Origin: the human T2T-CHM13v2.0 reference genome, Homo sapiens
Strand: one strand, 5' to 3'
Assembly: GCF_009914755.1 (NCBI RefSeq)
Contig: NC_060930.1
Length of the DNA stretch: 64,000 nucleotides
Below the pieces are notes generated by a model, which saw nothing but the letters and a program-made list of their open reading frames with translations, did not search any database and was not told the origin of the DNA. Positions 13,525 to 26,370 of the stretch are shown here, piece by piece (within the stretch, counting starts at the first letter, position 1; the number at the start of each line of letters is the position of its first letter). Position numbers and translations under genes: made by a program.

Positions 13525-14340
13525 CACATTTATTCATACATTAAACATGTTTTTGTAGGTTCCTCTTTTGGGCCCTATATTATGCTGGCTATTGTAAATA
13601 AATAGGCTAAGCAAACAGGCATGGTCCCTACCTCACAGACCGTGTAATCTAATGGAAGAGAAGACTAACAAATAACCAAACAATACATAATTAAAGTTTG
13701 TGATAAGCTCTACCATAGTGATAATATTAGGAGTATAATTCCTAAGGTCAAATAATAAAAATGTAATTGCTACTTGGGAAACATTTTATGAGAGAAACTA
13801 TAAAAAGACTTCAGTGGTCTATAGAATGTAAAGGAAAATACTTTAGATGGCACGATCAAGAAAAATCAGAGATGATAATTAATTTGAGATATGGATGATA
13901 AGAGGAAACCCTCTAAGCAAAGAGTGGAAGACAGAGTGCTCCTAGCAAAGTCTTGAGTTAAAAAAGAGATTAGAAGCTGAAAAAGAACAGGAGCTCTCAC
14001 TCACTAAGAGTGAGAGCTCAGTGGTTTGAAGTAAAATTATAAAGACAGGGAGAAAGATCATCTTTTTTGGCCTTGTAGGATTTCATGCTAATCCCAATGG
14101 GAGACCTTCTAAAGGTTTTAAACAAAGAAAAATAATGTTTTAGAAAGGTCACTCTGCTTTCTGTGTGAAAAATGAATCAGAAAAGTACAGTCAAGGAGAC
14201 TGGCTGGAAGGCTCCAGAAATATTCTAAAGTAAGAAAGGGATTGTGTGGAAGAAATGGTTGTAGAAGTAAGTAGTGGACTGAGCAAATATTGGAAATAGA
14301 ATTAAATGGACTTACTGATAAATTAGATATAGGAGATGTG
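13525..14340 (-). mobile_element. L2 fragments
   Basis: ATGGTCCCTACCTCAC...TCTAATGG and TTTTAGAAAGGTCACTCTG are antisense L2-like motifs. Confidence 0.55.
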
Positions 14341-15269
14341 GCAGTACACTTCCATAGGAATTACATAATCTTCCACTGAAGAATCCAGTATTTTGTGTGC
14401 CTCTCCAATGAACTGAAGAGCAGTTCTTTGCTCTTCTAGAAATATGTCTAAATAAATGAAAGCACTATTTATGATGTTGATGCTTGTTTCCCAGTTATTA
14501 TGTGCTCACATTCAAAATTCCTTAAAGCATAAAAATAGAATTAAATATACAACTGAGAAATAAGGATACATCCTATTAGTCAAAAAGGAAAGGAATGCTG
14601 AATAGGAACTCTCTATAAAACACATATACATGCAAACAAAACACACCCTTTTAGAATGCAACTCTTAAAACATTTTTTTTTCACTCACAAGAAAAAATAT
14701 ATTACCTCAACTTAGAGTTTATTGCGTAAATCATTCATCATAGTGGCCCAAATGAAAGTCATGGCCTTCTTATAAGTAGAATCACTATTAAAAATCTCTT
14801 CTTGAATTTCAGATGTGCCAAACTAGTTTAAATATATTTAAAGCTTATATTCATGCTGTTGTATTGTAAAAAGAAAGAGTATTTCTTACTGATTACTTTG
14901 GAATTTCATTCTAGCTAAGACAGCATAGTTGAAACCAAAGAGAAAGTTTTACTTAGTCAATAAAACTGCATTTTAGCTTATTTTTAAGGACATTTTTCTT
15001 CAATTAAAGATTGAAGAGAATAAATTAGTAATTCTCTCGTTTCTCTCTCTCTTTGAAAGAAAATTTAAAAAAGCACCCCTTTTCAAGAAAATGGTGTAGG
15101 AAGGCAAAATGAATATAACTGGTACCGTTCACTTTAGTTTTGTCTTTAAATCGAATTCTTATTCAAGGAGAAAGATCTTTCTGGAAATCTGAGAACCAAA
15201 TCAGTACAATTTATTCAAACATTATATGACTCTTTTAAAATAACGTAACCCAATGGAGAATCTACTTTT

Positions 15270-15427
15270 GTCTTTCTTTTCTTTTCCTTTCCTTTCCTTT
15301 CCTTTCCTTTCCTTCTTTATCCTTCTTTCTTTCTTTCTTTCTCTTTCTTTTCTTTCCCTTTCTTCCTTTCTTTTTCTCTCTTTCTCTCTTTCTTTCCTTC
15401 CTTCCTTCCTTCCTTCCTTCCTTCCTT

Positions 15428-15492
<65 letters not shown>

Positions 15493-15508
15493 TTTCTTTC
15501 TTTCTTTC
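15270..15508. repeat. Polypyrimidine compound microsatellite (CTTT/CCTT/CTTTC)n derived from an Alu tail
   Basis: Directly visible; abuts the Alu 3' end. Confidence 0.95.
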
Positions 15509-15775
15509 ACAGAGTCTTGCTCTGTCACCTAGGCTGGAGTACAATTGTGAGATCTCAGCTCACTGCAACCTCCACCTCTTGGGTTCAAGTGATTCTCCTG
15601 CCTCAGCCCCCTGAGTAGCTGGGATTACAGGCATGCACCATCATGGCTGGCTAATTTTTGTATTTTTAGTAGAGACGGGGTTTGGCCAGGCTTCTCTCAA
15701 ACTCCTGACCTCGTGATCCGCCCGCCTCAGCCTCCCAAAGTGCTGGTATTATAGGCGTGAGCCGCTGCGCCTGGC
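15509..15775 (-). mobile_element. AluS (AluSg-like) SINE
   Basis: Dimer with CCTCGTGATCCGCCCGCCTC and a small internal deletion at ~15683. TSD-like TGTCTTTC(T/C)TTT at ~15269 and ~15778. Confidence 0.92.
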
Positions 15776-16689
15776 CCTGTCTTTCCTTTAAAAATTTGAT
15801 TTTATTGAAAATAGTTTTAAATTTATTCTCAACTCATTCTCCACAAAACTTAGACTATATATAGAGCAGTTGATGACACAGAGATTTTAAAATGGCAGAG
15901 AAATAGGTGTTTATTCTAGGAAGTCTGGTGCACATTTCAAAATACCAGAAATAATTTGTGAGAAAAGTAAAGAAAATTTATTTTAAAAAATTGTTTCTGA
16001 GTGCAGAAAAAAATGTTTTCATAAAGACACACATCACAGTGGCATTCTTGTTCACCATTATTTTAATTTTCCTAAATAAAAAACAGAACAATGTATTTTT
16101 AAAAAAGTGCCAGAGCAGCAGAGGATTTGAAATAACAGATTAGATATTATTTCATTTAATACATTTTTTAAAGGCAGCTAATTCTTTTGCCCAGTTGGGG
16201 AGATGGGAGAATGGGGGGGCAAGGTGGAGTGAGGGTAGAGGTTAAGAGGGAGGGGCCTTAACCTTAAATATGGAAGAAAGGGAAACAGGATTTTTTTTTT
16301 ACATCAAACTTCTCTGAAAGTGTAGTTTCAAACGTAGACATCATCATTACTCCAGAAGGTCATGGAAAGGCAAAGCATAGTTGAGCTAAACTAGCTGTGA
16401 TCTCCAATAAGACTACCAATATTGTGTAAATAACACCTAGTTGAAAATGAGTTGGAAGATCAGTATCATGAGTAGATGTCAATCATAGGTCAGGTTAGGA
16501 TATCCAGAGAGGTTATGGTTTAGTCATCATCGAAGCATACTAGGTACACAGTCCCAAGCTCTACAGGGTTTCCAAAGCATTTAGGTAAAGAGCGAGACCA
16601 GCCTAGGAGCAAGCCCATCTCAATTCAATGTGATTAACTCTTATAGTAGCTCTGTTCCCCAGTAACAGAGGTCAAATTCTTATCTTTCG

Positions 16690-16858
16690 TTGTCCCAAAC
16701 AGCAGGAGCTGCAGCAACTGCTTAACACTTGTTAGAAATACAAACTCTTGGATCCCAGCCCAGACCTAAATCAGAAACTCTGGGGCTTAGGGCCCAGGAG
16801 TCTGTGTTTTAACAAATCCTCCAGGTGATTGTGATGCAAGCTAAAGTTTGAGAAACAC
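16690..16858 (+). mobile_element. MER5A (hAT-Charlie) fossil
   Basis: CTTGTTAGAAATACAAA...AATCAGAAACTCTGGGG...CTCCAGGTGATTGTGATGCAAGCTAAAGTTTGAGAAACAC. Confidence 0.85.
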
Positions 16859-16884
16859 ACAAGAAGAGTTTTCGACCTTAACAG

Positions 16885-17014
16885 CCTTAAAAAAAATACT
16901 GATTCGTGAATCCCAACCTCAGAGTTTTTAATTATTCTTAGGTGCAGCCTGGGCATTGCAATTTTTAAAATCTCTTGAAAGGTTTCTAGTGTTCAACAGG
17001 ATGGACAATCATTG
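16885..17014 (+). mobile_element. MER5B-like fossil
   Basis: AAAAATACTGAT...GCAGCCTGGGCATTGCAATTTTTAAAATCTC. Confidence 0.65.
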
Positions 17015-17949
17015 ACAAAAGCAAGATTTGAGTCCCCAAAGGGGCATGTCACTTCAATGGGGCTGGCCTTCTAGGTCATTGTAAGCAAGTCTTTCTTTAC
17101 CCATATAGCCCACACAATCCCAGTTTTCACCCTCACTTTGAAAACATAATATTGCTACAAAAACTGTGCAGAATGAAACTCTGAAATACTGTGTAATTTC
17201 TTACAGACCCAAAAAAGGAAGGTGGCAGCAAATGTCACAGGTTCCTCAAAACTCTTTCTGAGTAAGGATTTCCTCTTCTCCTTTTTTCTTTTCGCAGAGA
17301 ATGTGACTCATTCCTGTCTATTCTTGGTGTCCACATTTAAGTTCATTAATAGGTTCTCTCACATGGTGGCTTTGTGACTTTGTGGACTTTAGGGAGTCAC
17401 TTTTCAGTCATATTCTATTATATATCTAGGAAATCTGGCACTAGATAAAATGATTCATCCTTCTAATTTTTTACTTAAAATATTAAATTACACTATAGTC
17501 TGTGGTGTTCTGTGACACCCATTTCCTCTCAGCGGTGACTGTGACTGTCAGCTTTTACATCCCTTATCTTTGTTCATAGTGTCCTATATATCTACAGAAA
17601 GAATATAAATTTATATATATATATGCTTTTAAATTGTCACAGTTCTACTTCTAATGCTTCATTCAGTTGATGAAAATTACCAGGTTTTATTGATCATTTT
17701 CATGATGAATGACTCAGCCATTTGTACAGATGCTTTGTTTCAAAAATACTTGTGGAAATGACATTTTGAGATAATGGGATGGCAAGCAGATATTCAGAAA
17801 TATAATGGGTCATGTGTATATATAGCAGTGGCTTCTCTGGACCTTCCAGTGGATGTTTTGAGACAAGATAAATAATCCTTTGTCACTTGGATCATTAGTT
17901 CCCTTAAAAAAATCAGCTCCCTTAAAAAAAAAGTACAGTTTAGCGGCTG

Positions 17950-18200
17950 GGGAGTATAGATTGTGGAGCCAAACGGTATGAGTGAAGTGTGAAGCCCAGC
18001 TCTGTTGTCTACTACATCTAGTCTACTACATACAGTGTGATCTCAGATAAGCTATTTAATCATTTAATGCCTCTATTTTACATCTTTAAACTGGGAATGA
18101 AAATTATATATTCTCAGTTATGAAAGTCTTATGGATTAAGCCAGTTAACATATGTAAAGCACTTAGAACAAGGCTTTTCACATATTAAGATCTCAATACA
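17950..18200 (+). mobile_element. MIR SINE
   Basis: CCCAGCTCTG...GTGTGATCTCAGATAAGCTATTTAA...CATATGTAAAGCACTTAGAACA. Confidence 0.75.
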
Positions 18201-19329
18201 TCTTATTGTGTGTGTAAAGATCTTGCTATTCTCACATTCAGATTCACGAATCTAAGTTTTGAAAAGTTGTATTCACTGAATAGTATGAGACAAAACATGA
18301 ACTCAAATTAGATTGCAATCATCTTTATATCTTGGAGAAGATTTTAAACAAATGTGATAAAACTCCTTGCTTTTCACTGTTGTATCAAAGCTCAGCTGAT
18401 TTGTTCCTGTGGAGACCAGTCACTGGGATTCCTCCATGCCCTCCACTAAATCCCATAAAGATGTGATGCTCCCACAAGGCAGCAAGAAAGGAGAGGGCAA
18501 ACAAAAGTATACAGTTTTGCTTCAGATTTTTACAGTTTTGCCTCAGATTTTAAGTGCTGGTTATGGACAGTGTCATTACTAGAGTAGAAATTTAAATAAC
18601 AGTAATAATTGAGAATCACCTGTCCAACAAGAACAAAAATTCATGGTTGAAATTACATCGAAAGCATCAAGCCCATCTAATTATATGGAGTGCTGAAAAT
18701 AATGAAAACACATTTCTTGCATGGCTTATAGCTCATAAAGCATTCTTTTTATAATAATGCATTTTATTTGTAAAATGTATTATGCTTTACAAATTGTTTT
18801 TAAATGTTATTTCATTTCAGTCACCCAACAGCAATGTGAAGGTAAAAATAAATGTCTTATACACAGAGCAAAGGACAATACCAGAACTAGACATCATACC
18901 CTCTGAGTTCTAGCCACCTTTTCAACAGAGTGCATTCATGTCATCAATTCTGGTGCTCCATAAAACCTTAATTCTACACATATGTAGAAATTTTTGGATA
19001 ACCAGTCAACATTAACATTAGTAGTTTTATATTACACAGCATATGCCTTTTAATCATTTATAATTTGCTATTAAATAGTATATACAAAATACTCTGATGG
19101 TCTGAACTATTCTACTAGAACATCGGGAAGATAATTTGTATTGTACAAAGGGTTTTTTTTAAAGTTTTTGTTTCTAACATTTTTTGAAGTATCGTCAGTA
19201 GTTACATACGTTTTGCGGGAGAAAAGCATTGCTCTTAGAAGGAAAAGCATTGGAAAGTTACTGAGGATAATGGAAAACAATTGACTACACACTTCCTTCC
19301 AGAGTAACTACAATAAGTCAATTATACTG

Positions 19330-19402
19330 AATATATATATATATATATATATTCATATATTTATATATATAGGATAAAATGTATGTGTGTATATATATAT
19401 AT
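19330..19402. repeat. (TA)n-rich microsatellite
   Basis: Directly visible. Confidence 0.85.
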
Positions 19403-19832
19403 CTTTAGATATTTCTTACATATTCAAATATGGTACTTATTGCTTCTGTATACACTTTTAAAAGAAGGAATCTTAAAACAACTGCTATTTGGGTTTTCAG
19501 TTAATTTTGTATTGGCTTACTAATTAAATAACTATAGCATTTGAAGAGAGAGACAGAGTATGGAAAAGTGATGTTTTCTTCATAAGTATGTTGTGGGAAA
19601 AGCCAAAGAAACATAAGAAGAAGACCATGTAAAAGATTAGGAACATGTACCATATCAAGCTATTTTTGTGACTGACTGATTGGGACAAAAGAATCAGATC
19701 ACATCCATGTGGGTATGGGAGGACAGAGCTGCCTTTAGGAGAACAAACATTTTCACTTTCAGTTCTACTGGGAAGAGGTTATTTGTGAGGAAGGATTAAA
19801 TGGACAGAATTTAAACTATGAATGTCAAGTAA

Positions 19833-20214
<382 letters not shown>

Positions 20215-20937
20215 TGTCCAGTTATTATTAATAGGAGTAGAGAGACCTAATGTCACTGGGGATGGTGGTGAATTTCTCCTAGCTATTTAGAAAGGCTGGG
20301 TTACTAACAAGGGTTTGTTCAGGTAAGGGGGGCTGTGGATGTTTGGGCACTAGTCAAGTAGTATGGATGGTCACCAGTAGGAGAGAGCTTTGACCAACAG
20401 AAACAAAATTACCAGCATGGCAGAAAAATGTGGAAATGGGACCAAAACACCAAAGGTCTTATTTGTAGGCTCAGGAAAGAAAAGTCCCTGGAAAACACTC
20501 AGAGTTAGCTTAAGCACATTTTGATGAGGACTACATTTTGTTACTAGGATATTTCACTGGTAATTTGGCTATATTTTAAATAAATGAGACCTTTGTTTTC
20601 ACGTTTGTAGAACTGTGCCAAAGGGATTTTAGATGTTAGAGTCACGCTTCCCAAAAGAAGCAAGGTAACAACTCCTCTCGGTTTCAGTGAGCTTTGTAAG
20701 TCTAGCAGGGCAAATGACATCTTTTAAATTAGCTTTCTTAGAATACAGGGCTCCAGTTGTACATAACCATTTTATCCTTTTGAAATGATTAGCAAAAAAT
20801 ATAGCATGTATGCTCCTCTTCAACTTACGTTTAGTGTTGTTGTGTATTCACTGTAATAAACAAAAGAATATTAGAGGTGAGAATTCAAGGCCTAGATAAT
20901 TAAGTTACTTGTTCAGAGTTTAAAATTAGTTAAACTA

Positions 20938-21246
20938 TTTTTTTTTTTTTTTTTTTTTTTTTTTTGAGACGAGTCTCACTCTGTCATCCAGGCTGGAGTG
21001 TAGCAGTGTGATCTGGGCTCACTGAAACCTCTACCTTTTGGGTTCAAGCAATTCTCCTGCCTCAGCCTCCCAAGTAGCTGAGATTATAGGCATGCACCAC
21101 CAGGCCAGGCTAATTTTTTTATTTTTAGTAGAGATGGGGTTTTACCATGTTGGACAGGCTGGTCTCAAACTCCTGACCTCAAGTGATCTGCCCACCTTAG
21201 CCTCCCAAAGTGCTGGGATTACAGGTGTGAGCCACCACGCCTGGCC
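20938..21246 (-). mobile_element. AluS (Sx/Sz-like) SINE
   Basis: Poly-T tail plus full dimer ending CCACGCCTGGCC. Confidence 0.93.
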
Positions 21247-22239
21247 AAAAAACACTCTATCTTAGAAAAAAGTGGTATAAAGAATTGGTTATTTAATTTT
21301 GTGACTCTTCACTAACATGAAATAATTCTAAATAAGTCACTAGGACATTTTGTCATTATTGAAATAGATAATCACTGCAATTTACAAGATTTTCCTGCTG
21401 GACATGTTTGAACAGAGAAGAAAATATATCTTCAAAATAAGTCTTAGTTTTATTTTTTGTAGGCTTAAATTAGGGAGAAGGGAGCGAGTAACCTGTACCA
21501 TTATTAACTGGGACAGGCAGGGAGATGCCTAGATTGACTTTTGGACTGATGTAGCCTAGAATTCTTCTAGGGGTTTCTCACACACACTGGGGTATCTCTG
21601 GATGATTGAATCCTTTCTATACTTTATAGGGTATTCTCAGGCAATCTAGGTCAAATCGAATATCTGAAGCATAACACAAATTCTTAAAGGAAATTCAACC
21701 ACAATCTAATCAGATTCCTGGTCTTCATTTCCTAATACCATCCCCTTGAAGACTAAAATGCTAGAAAAACCTGATATATACTAATCTTTCTTACTTCTCT
21801 GCCTCCTTACCTCCCTCCCTGCCTTTTTTTGCTTCTTTCCTTCCTTCCCCTCTCTGCCTTCTACCCTCCTTTTTGTCCTTCTACAAGACTTTATTTATTG
21901 AGTAGCCACAGTGTCCTTAGATTGCTCTGGACAGATTCAACTAAATAAATTACATAATGTGTGTCACCAAGATGCCTGAATTGCCATACTAAATGACAAT
22001 ATTTCAACACGAAATATATCAAAAGAAAGTATGTATTAAAATAACAAATGAGTGGCATGTAAAGTTTTCTCTAAAGTCTGCCACTTTCTCTGCATCCATG
22101 CTGTCAACCTTAATTTATAATAGTATCTTCGGTAACATGAACTACTTCAAATAGTCTTTTAACCATTTTCTCTACCTCAAGGTTGAATTCTTATCAAATA
22201 ATTTTCTATCCTTCTATTAGATGGCTTTAAAAATACTTA

Positions 22240-22455
22240 AATAATAGTGGTTAGAGTTTATTCTGCATTTACTTGGTACCAGGTAAGTTATCTTAAAAAA
22301 CTCTAAGATGGAGTACTATTGTCATTTTCTTTTTCAGACACAGCCTGACACGTGGAGAAGTTAAACATTTGGCCAAATTCACCCTAAAACTAGGGAAGCT
22401 GGGGAGCAAGCCTAGGTTGCCTGACTCAGGGGCCTTTACTTTAACTGATCTCTAC
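22240..22455 (-). mobile_element. MIR SINE
   Basis: GAGAAGTTAAAC...TGGCCAA...TGCCTGACTCAGGGGCC is antisense MIR core. Confidence 0.6.
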
Positions 22456-22479
22456 AGTGCTTCAAATTTAATTTTAAGT

Positions 22480-22960
22480 TCTACTGCTTCAAACAAAAGC
22501 AGCCCGATTTACAGAATGGTTCCCATTGCCTGTTGTTTCAAAGCCCAAATCCTTTTCATGGCTCACAATTAACTGACATCTGATTTATCCCTGGTTTACA
22601 CACTCTGGTCCCTGCTTTACTCCCAGGTCTCATCTTATTTCTCTCTCATTCCAATTCCATGAACTAAATGCAGATCTGAAATGTTAGCTTCTGCCTGGGA
22701 GCTTTTGAGAATACTGTTTGCTCTAACATTCTTATCCATATTTCACAATGGCTAACAATTACTCATTATTTAGGGCTTGTTTAGAGCATTGGATTTTTCT
22801 CTCTAGGGTCTCCCCTCTTACTGGAGTGCATTTTCTGCCCTAAGTTTAGCAAAGTCCTCCTGTAGCACCACAGTGTTCTGAGTCTGCACTGTCATACAAC
22901 TCAAGTTAGCTTATTTGTTATTAAGGTCAATGTCCATCATTAACACCAGATTTTTGGTTC
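22480..22960 (+). mobile_element. L2 remnant
   Basis: ATGGTTCCCATTGCC...AAAGCCCAAATCCTT...ATGGCTCACAA. Confidence 0.45.
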
Positions 22961-23777
22961 TATGGGCATCCAAAGAGAATTAGGAACTAACCCTAAAGGA
23001 GATTGCAACTATATAGATAACAAAAAATAAAATTTTGTACTAAGTGATTTATCAAATTTTTCAGAAAAATACTGTGACATTAAATATGCCTATGAATGGG
23101 TAAGACTCATTCCAATTTCAGAAAAATTAAAATGTGAAAAAATACATTTTAGATTTTAAAAATATGGAGTTATAAATAGTTGCCAAATGTTCAGGACACT
23201 TTCTGAAAGTTTTTTTTTTTTTTTAATCTTTTAATTGTGATAGTAGCCACAACCATAATGACAAAGATGCAGGCTTAGATATTTAGGAGGTAAATAGATA
23301 TTTCAGAGGTAAAAAAATCAAGCCCAAACTTCCATATATGTGGTATACATTTTTCTACAAATGTGTACTGCTATTAACATCCTGTTCTAAGTTAGTTATC
23401 TATTTTCTTTTTTAAAAAGAGTGATAAATAAGATATAAAAATATAGATGCCTGAGAATGTTGCTGATATTAGTAACCTCTAGCATTGGAGTTTTACGAAG
23501 TGCACAGAGGAAAGGAGATGAAGCTTCAAGTTCAGGACAGACATAAGGCGTATTTAGAAAAAAAAGGAGCAGAAAATAATATGCCCACGATAATCGATAC
23601 TTCAGCGTTGTGGCTTCTGCTGTGACTTAAATAGATAGATACATACATACATACACATTTACCCTTGAAAAGTAAAACCAAATCTTGGCTTCACATGGGT
23701 TAGGGTTCACTTTATATGTCACACACATTGTAGGAGAGCCTAAGCTGAAATATGAACCTAAGATTGTCCAGGATTGG

Positions 23778-24086
23778 TAGAGTCCTGGGGTTCCAAGGAT
23801 TGGTTCCAGGACTCTTGTGGATACCAAAATTCTTAGAAGTCCCTCATATGAAATGATGTTGCATTTGTATATAACCTGCACATATCTCCCATATATTTCA
23901 AAATCTTCTTTAGATTACCTATAATACCCAATACAATGCAAATGCTATCAACATCGTTGTTATACTATAATTTTATTTGTATCTTTATTGTTGTATTGTT
24001 ATTTTTATTAATTTTCTTTGAATATTTTTAGTCTACTGTTAGTATCATCCATGGATGTAGAACCTGTGGATGTGAAGGTCTGACTG
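23778..24086 (+). mobile_element. MER2 (TcMar-Tigger) DNA transposon fossil
   Basis: GGATTGGTTCCAGGAC...GGATACCAAAAT and terminal ATCCATGGATGTAGAACCTGTGGATGTGAAGGTCTGACTG. Confidence 0.85.
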
Positions 24087-24460
24087 TGTTAGTTTGCTAG
24101 GGTCGCTGTGACAGAATACCACAAACTGTGTGGCTTTAACTTATTTTCTCACTCTCTGAAGGCTGGAAGTCCGAGACTAAAGTGTTAGCATGTGTGCGTC
24201 CTCCTGAGATATGTTTTCTTGGCTTGTAGACAGCTGTCTTCTTGCTGTGTCCTCACATGGCCTAGAGAATACATGTACAAACCCTTAGCGTATCTTTCTC
24301 TTCTTATAGAAGCACCAGTCGTATCATATTAGGACCCTACCCATATGACCTCATTTAATCTTAATTGCATCTTTGAAGTCCTTCTTTTCAAAGATAGTCA
24401 CACTGGGGATTAGGGATTCAATAAATACATTTAGAGGGGACACAATTCGCTTCACAATAA
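24087..24460 (-). mobile_element. MaLR LTR (MLT1A-like)
   Basis: TTAGTTTGCTAGGG...AATACCACAAACTG...GGGGACACAATTC. Confidence 0.85.
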
Positions 24461-24882
24461 AATACATATAATTCTTCTTTGAAATAAAGTAACTTCAGCA
24501 CAGGCCTTAAAAATATCCATGAATTTACATCAGGCAGTTGAATAAACTCTCCAATAAAAAGAGCTACAAAACACCTAAGGAAACAAACCGAGTGAGTATG
24601 AGCAGAAACAATAGATGTCAAAATAGCTATCCTAAGGATTTTACAGATGAGAAGATAGGATATATTTAGAATATATAAAAAAAAGTTTAGTCAAAATAGG
24701 TAAACTTTAAAAGGAATGAAAATAGCAAAGAACAAGTGAGTATAAGCAAAATAGACCTTTTTTTTTTAGTTTACATGATAATTTCAAACTTCTAAAAATT
24801 ATAAAGACAAAAATAATACAAGGAATATCTCTATAATATTTTCCTAGATTTGTCTATTAATATTTTATACTATCTTGCATAT

Positions 24883-25131
24883 ACAAATGTAGCTCGATGA
24901 TGTTACATCTCAATAAACCCATCATAAGTCAAAAATATTGTAAATCAAAATGCATTTAATACTCTGATAAACCCATTGTACATTGAAAAAAAAAGTGAAT
25001 TGAACCATCATAAGCCTAGATGCTCCTTGATCTATGATGGGGTTTTATCGACTTTTCTGAGTTCAATTGATAAACTCATAGTAAAGTTGAAAAATCATAA
25101 GTCAAAACCATCTTAAGTTGGGAACCATTTG
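24883..25131 (+). mobile_element. MER47/Tigger5-type (MER47B-like) DNA transposon fossil with internally repeated termini
   Basis: Repeated GATAAACCCAT(C/T)...AAGT units, internal AGATGCTCCTTGA...ATGATGGGGTT, and end AAGTTGGGAACCATTTG. Confidence 0.75.
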
Positions 25132-25329
25132 CATGTGTATATATCACGAAAATAAATAAATCATATATATATGACAAGTGAGGGAAACACAATATATGTT
25201 TCCATAATGATTAAAAATTGCTAGTATTTTTTAACCCATGAATCTTTAGATTCTAAAGCTTAAAGAATTTTAAAAAGGATAAGTGAAATTTGTTGGTAGG
25301 AATTTTAGTGAAAGTTCAGGCCACCAAAA

Positions 25330-26035
25330 AACTTGAAAGCTGAATGAGTAGAACTATCATCAACAACAACAAAAAAACCCTGACAATTTGAATTGCAGGG
25401 GATTCCTCAACATCAACCATGAAAATCAGAAGACAGTAGAACAACTTCCTTTGAATTCAGAGGGAAAATAATTGCTAATCTATAACTTTGTTCCCAGATA
25501 AACATCCATTTAGAATGAGGGCAAATAAAAACATTTTCAGATGAAAGAAACAACGATAATTAAAACAAAAATCTTTCCAGAGATATTCCTACTAACAGTA
25601 CTTTACTATAGGCACTTGTAAAGAATACAATTAAGAATGGAAGAAAATAATCCCAGAAGGAGGACCTGAAGTATGAGAAGTAGGTGGTAAAATGTTGACA
25701 AACATGAGTTTAAACCTAAATAAATATTGACGGTAAAAAAAGAACCATTTGTAGATAATAAAAAGCAAGGCAGAACTAAAATACTGTATAGCAGCTTTAT
25801 GAGATGGAAAAGGACTCCTGTAATGACTGGAATAATGAAAGAGGTATGAAAGAAGAGACCAAGGGCTACAATAAAAATGAAACAGTGGACAATACCAAAT
25901 GTGAATATAAATGCATATAGATACAAATTATAGATTACTACCAAATTATATTAATGCAGTTTAAAGGTGGAAAAACATGATCTCCCAAAGGATGCAGAAA
26001 AAAAAAAATCATTCAGCCAAATTCAGCACTCATTT
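25330..26035 (+). mobile_element. Old L1M ORF1/ORF2 remnants
   Basis: GAGGGCAAATAAAACATTTTCAGATGAA (ORF1 C-terminus) and GATGCAGAAAAA...CAAATTCAGCACTCATT (RT region). Confidence 0.5.
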
Positions 26036-26039
26036 GTGA

Positions 26040-26370
<331 letters not shown>

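Noticed and set aside
15253-15618. Long low-complexity ORFs (F/L/S-rich or K/E/R-rich), also at 4663-5061 and 27381-27802
   Set aside because: They are translations of microsatellites and Alu/L1 sequence, not genes.
22280-22288. Consensus splice donor CAGGTAAGT (also AAGGTAAGA near 36327)
   Set aside because: No supportable upstream acceptor or exon; the first lies inside a MIR; isolated donors are common by chance.
24883-25131. Internally repeated, array-like structure
   Set aside because: Explained by the MER47/Tigger5-type architecture; not a CRISPR-like or novel array.
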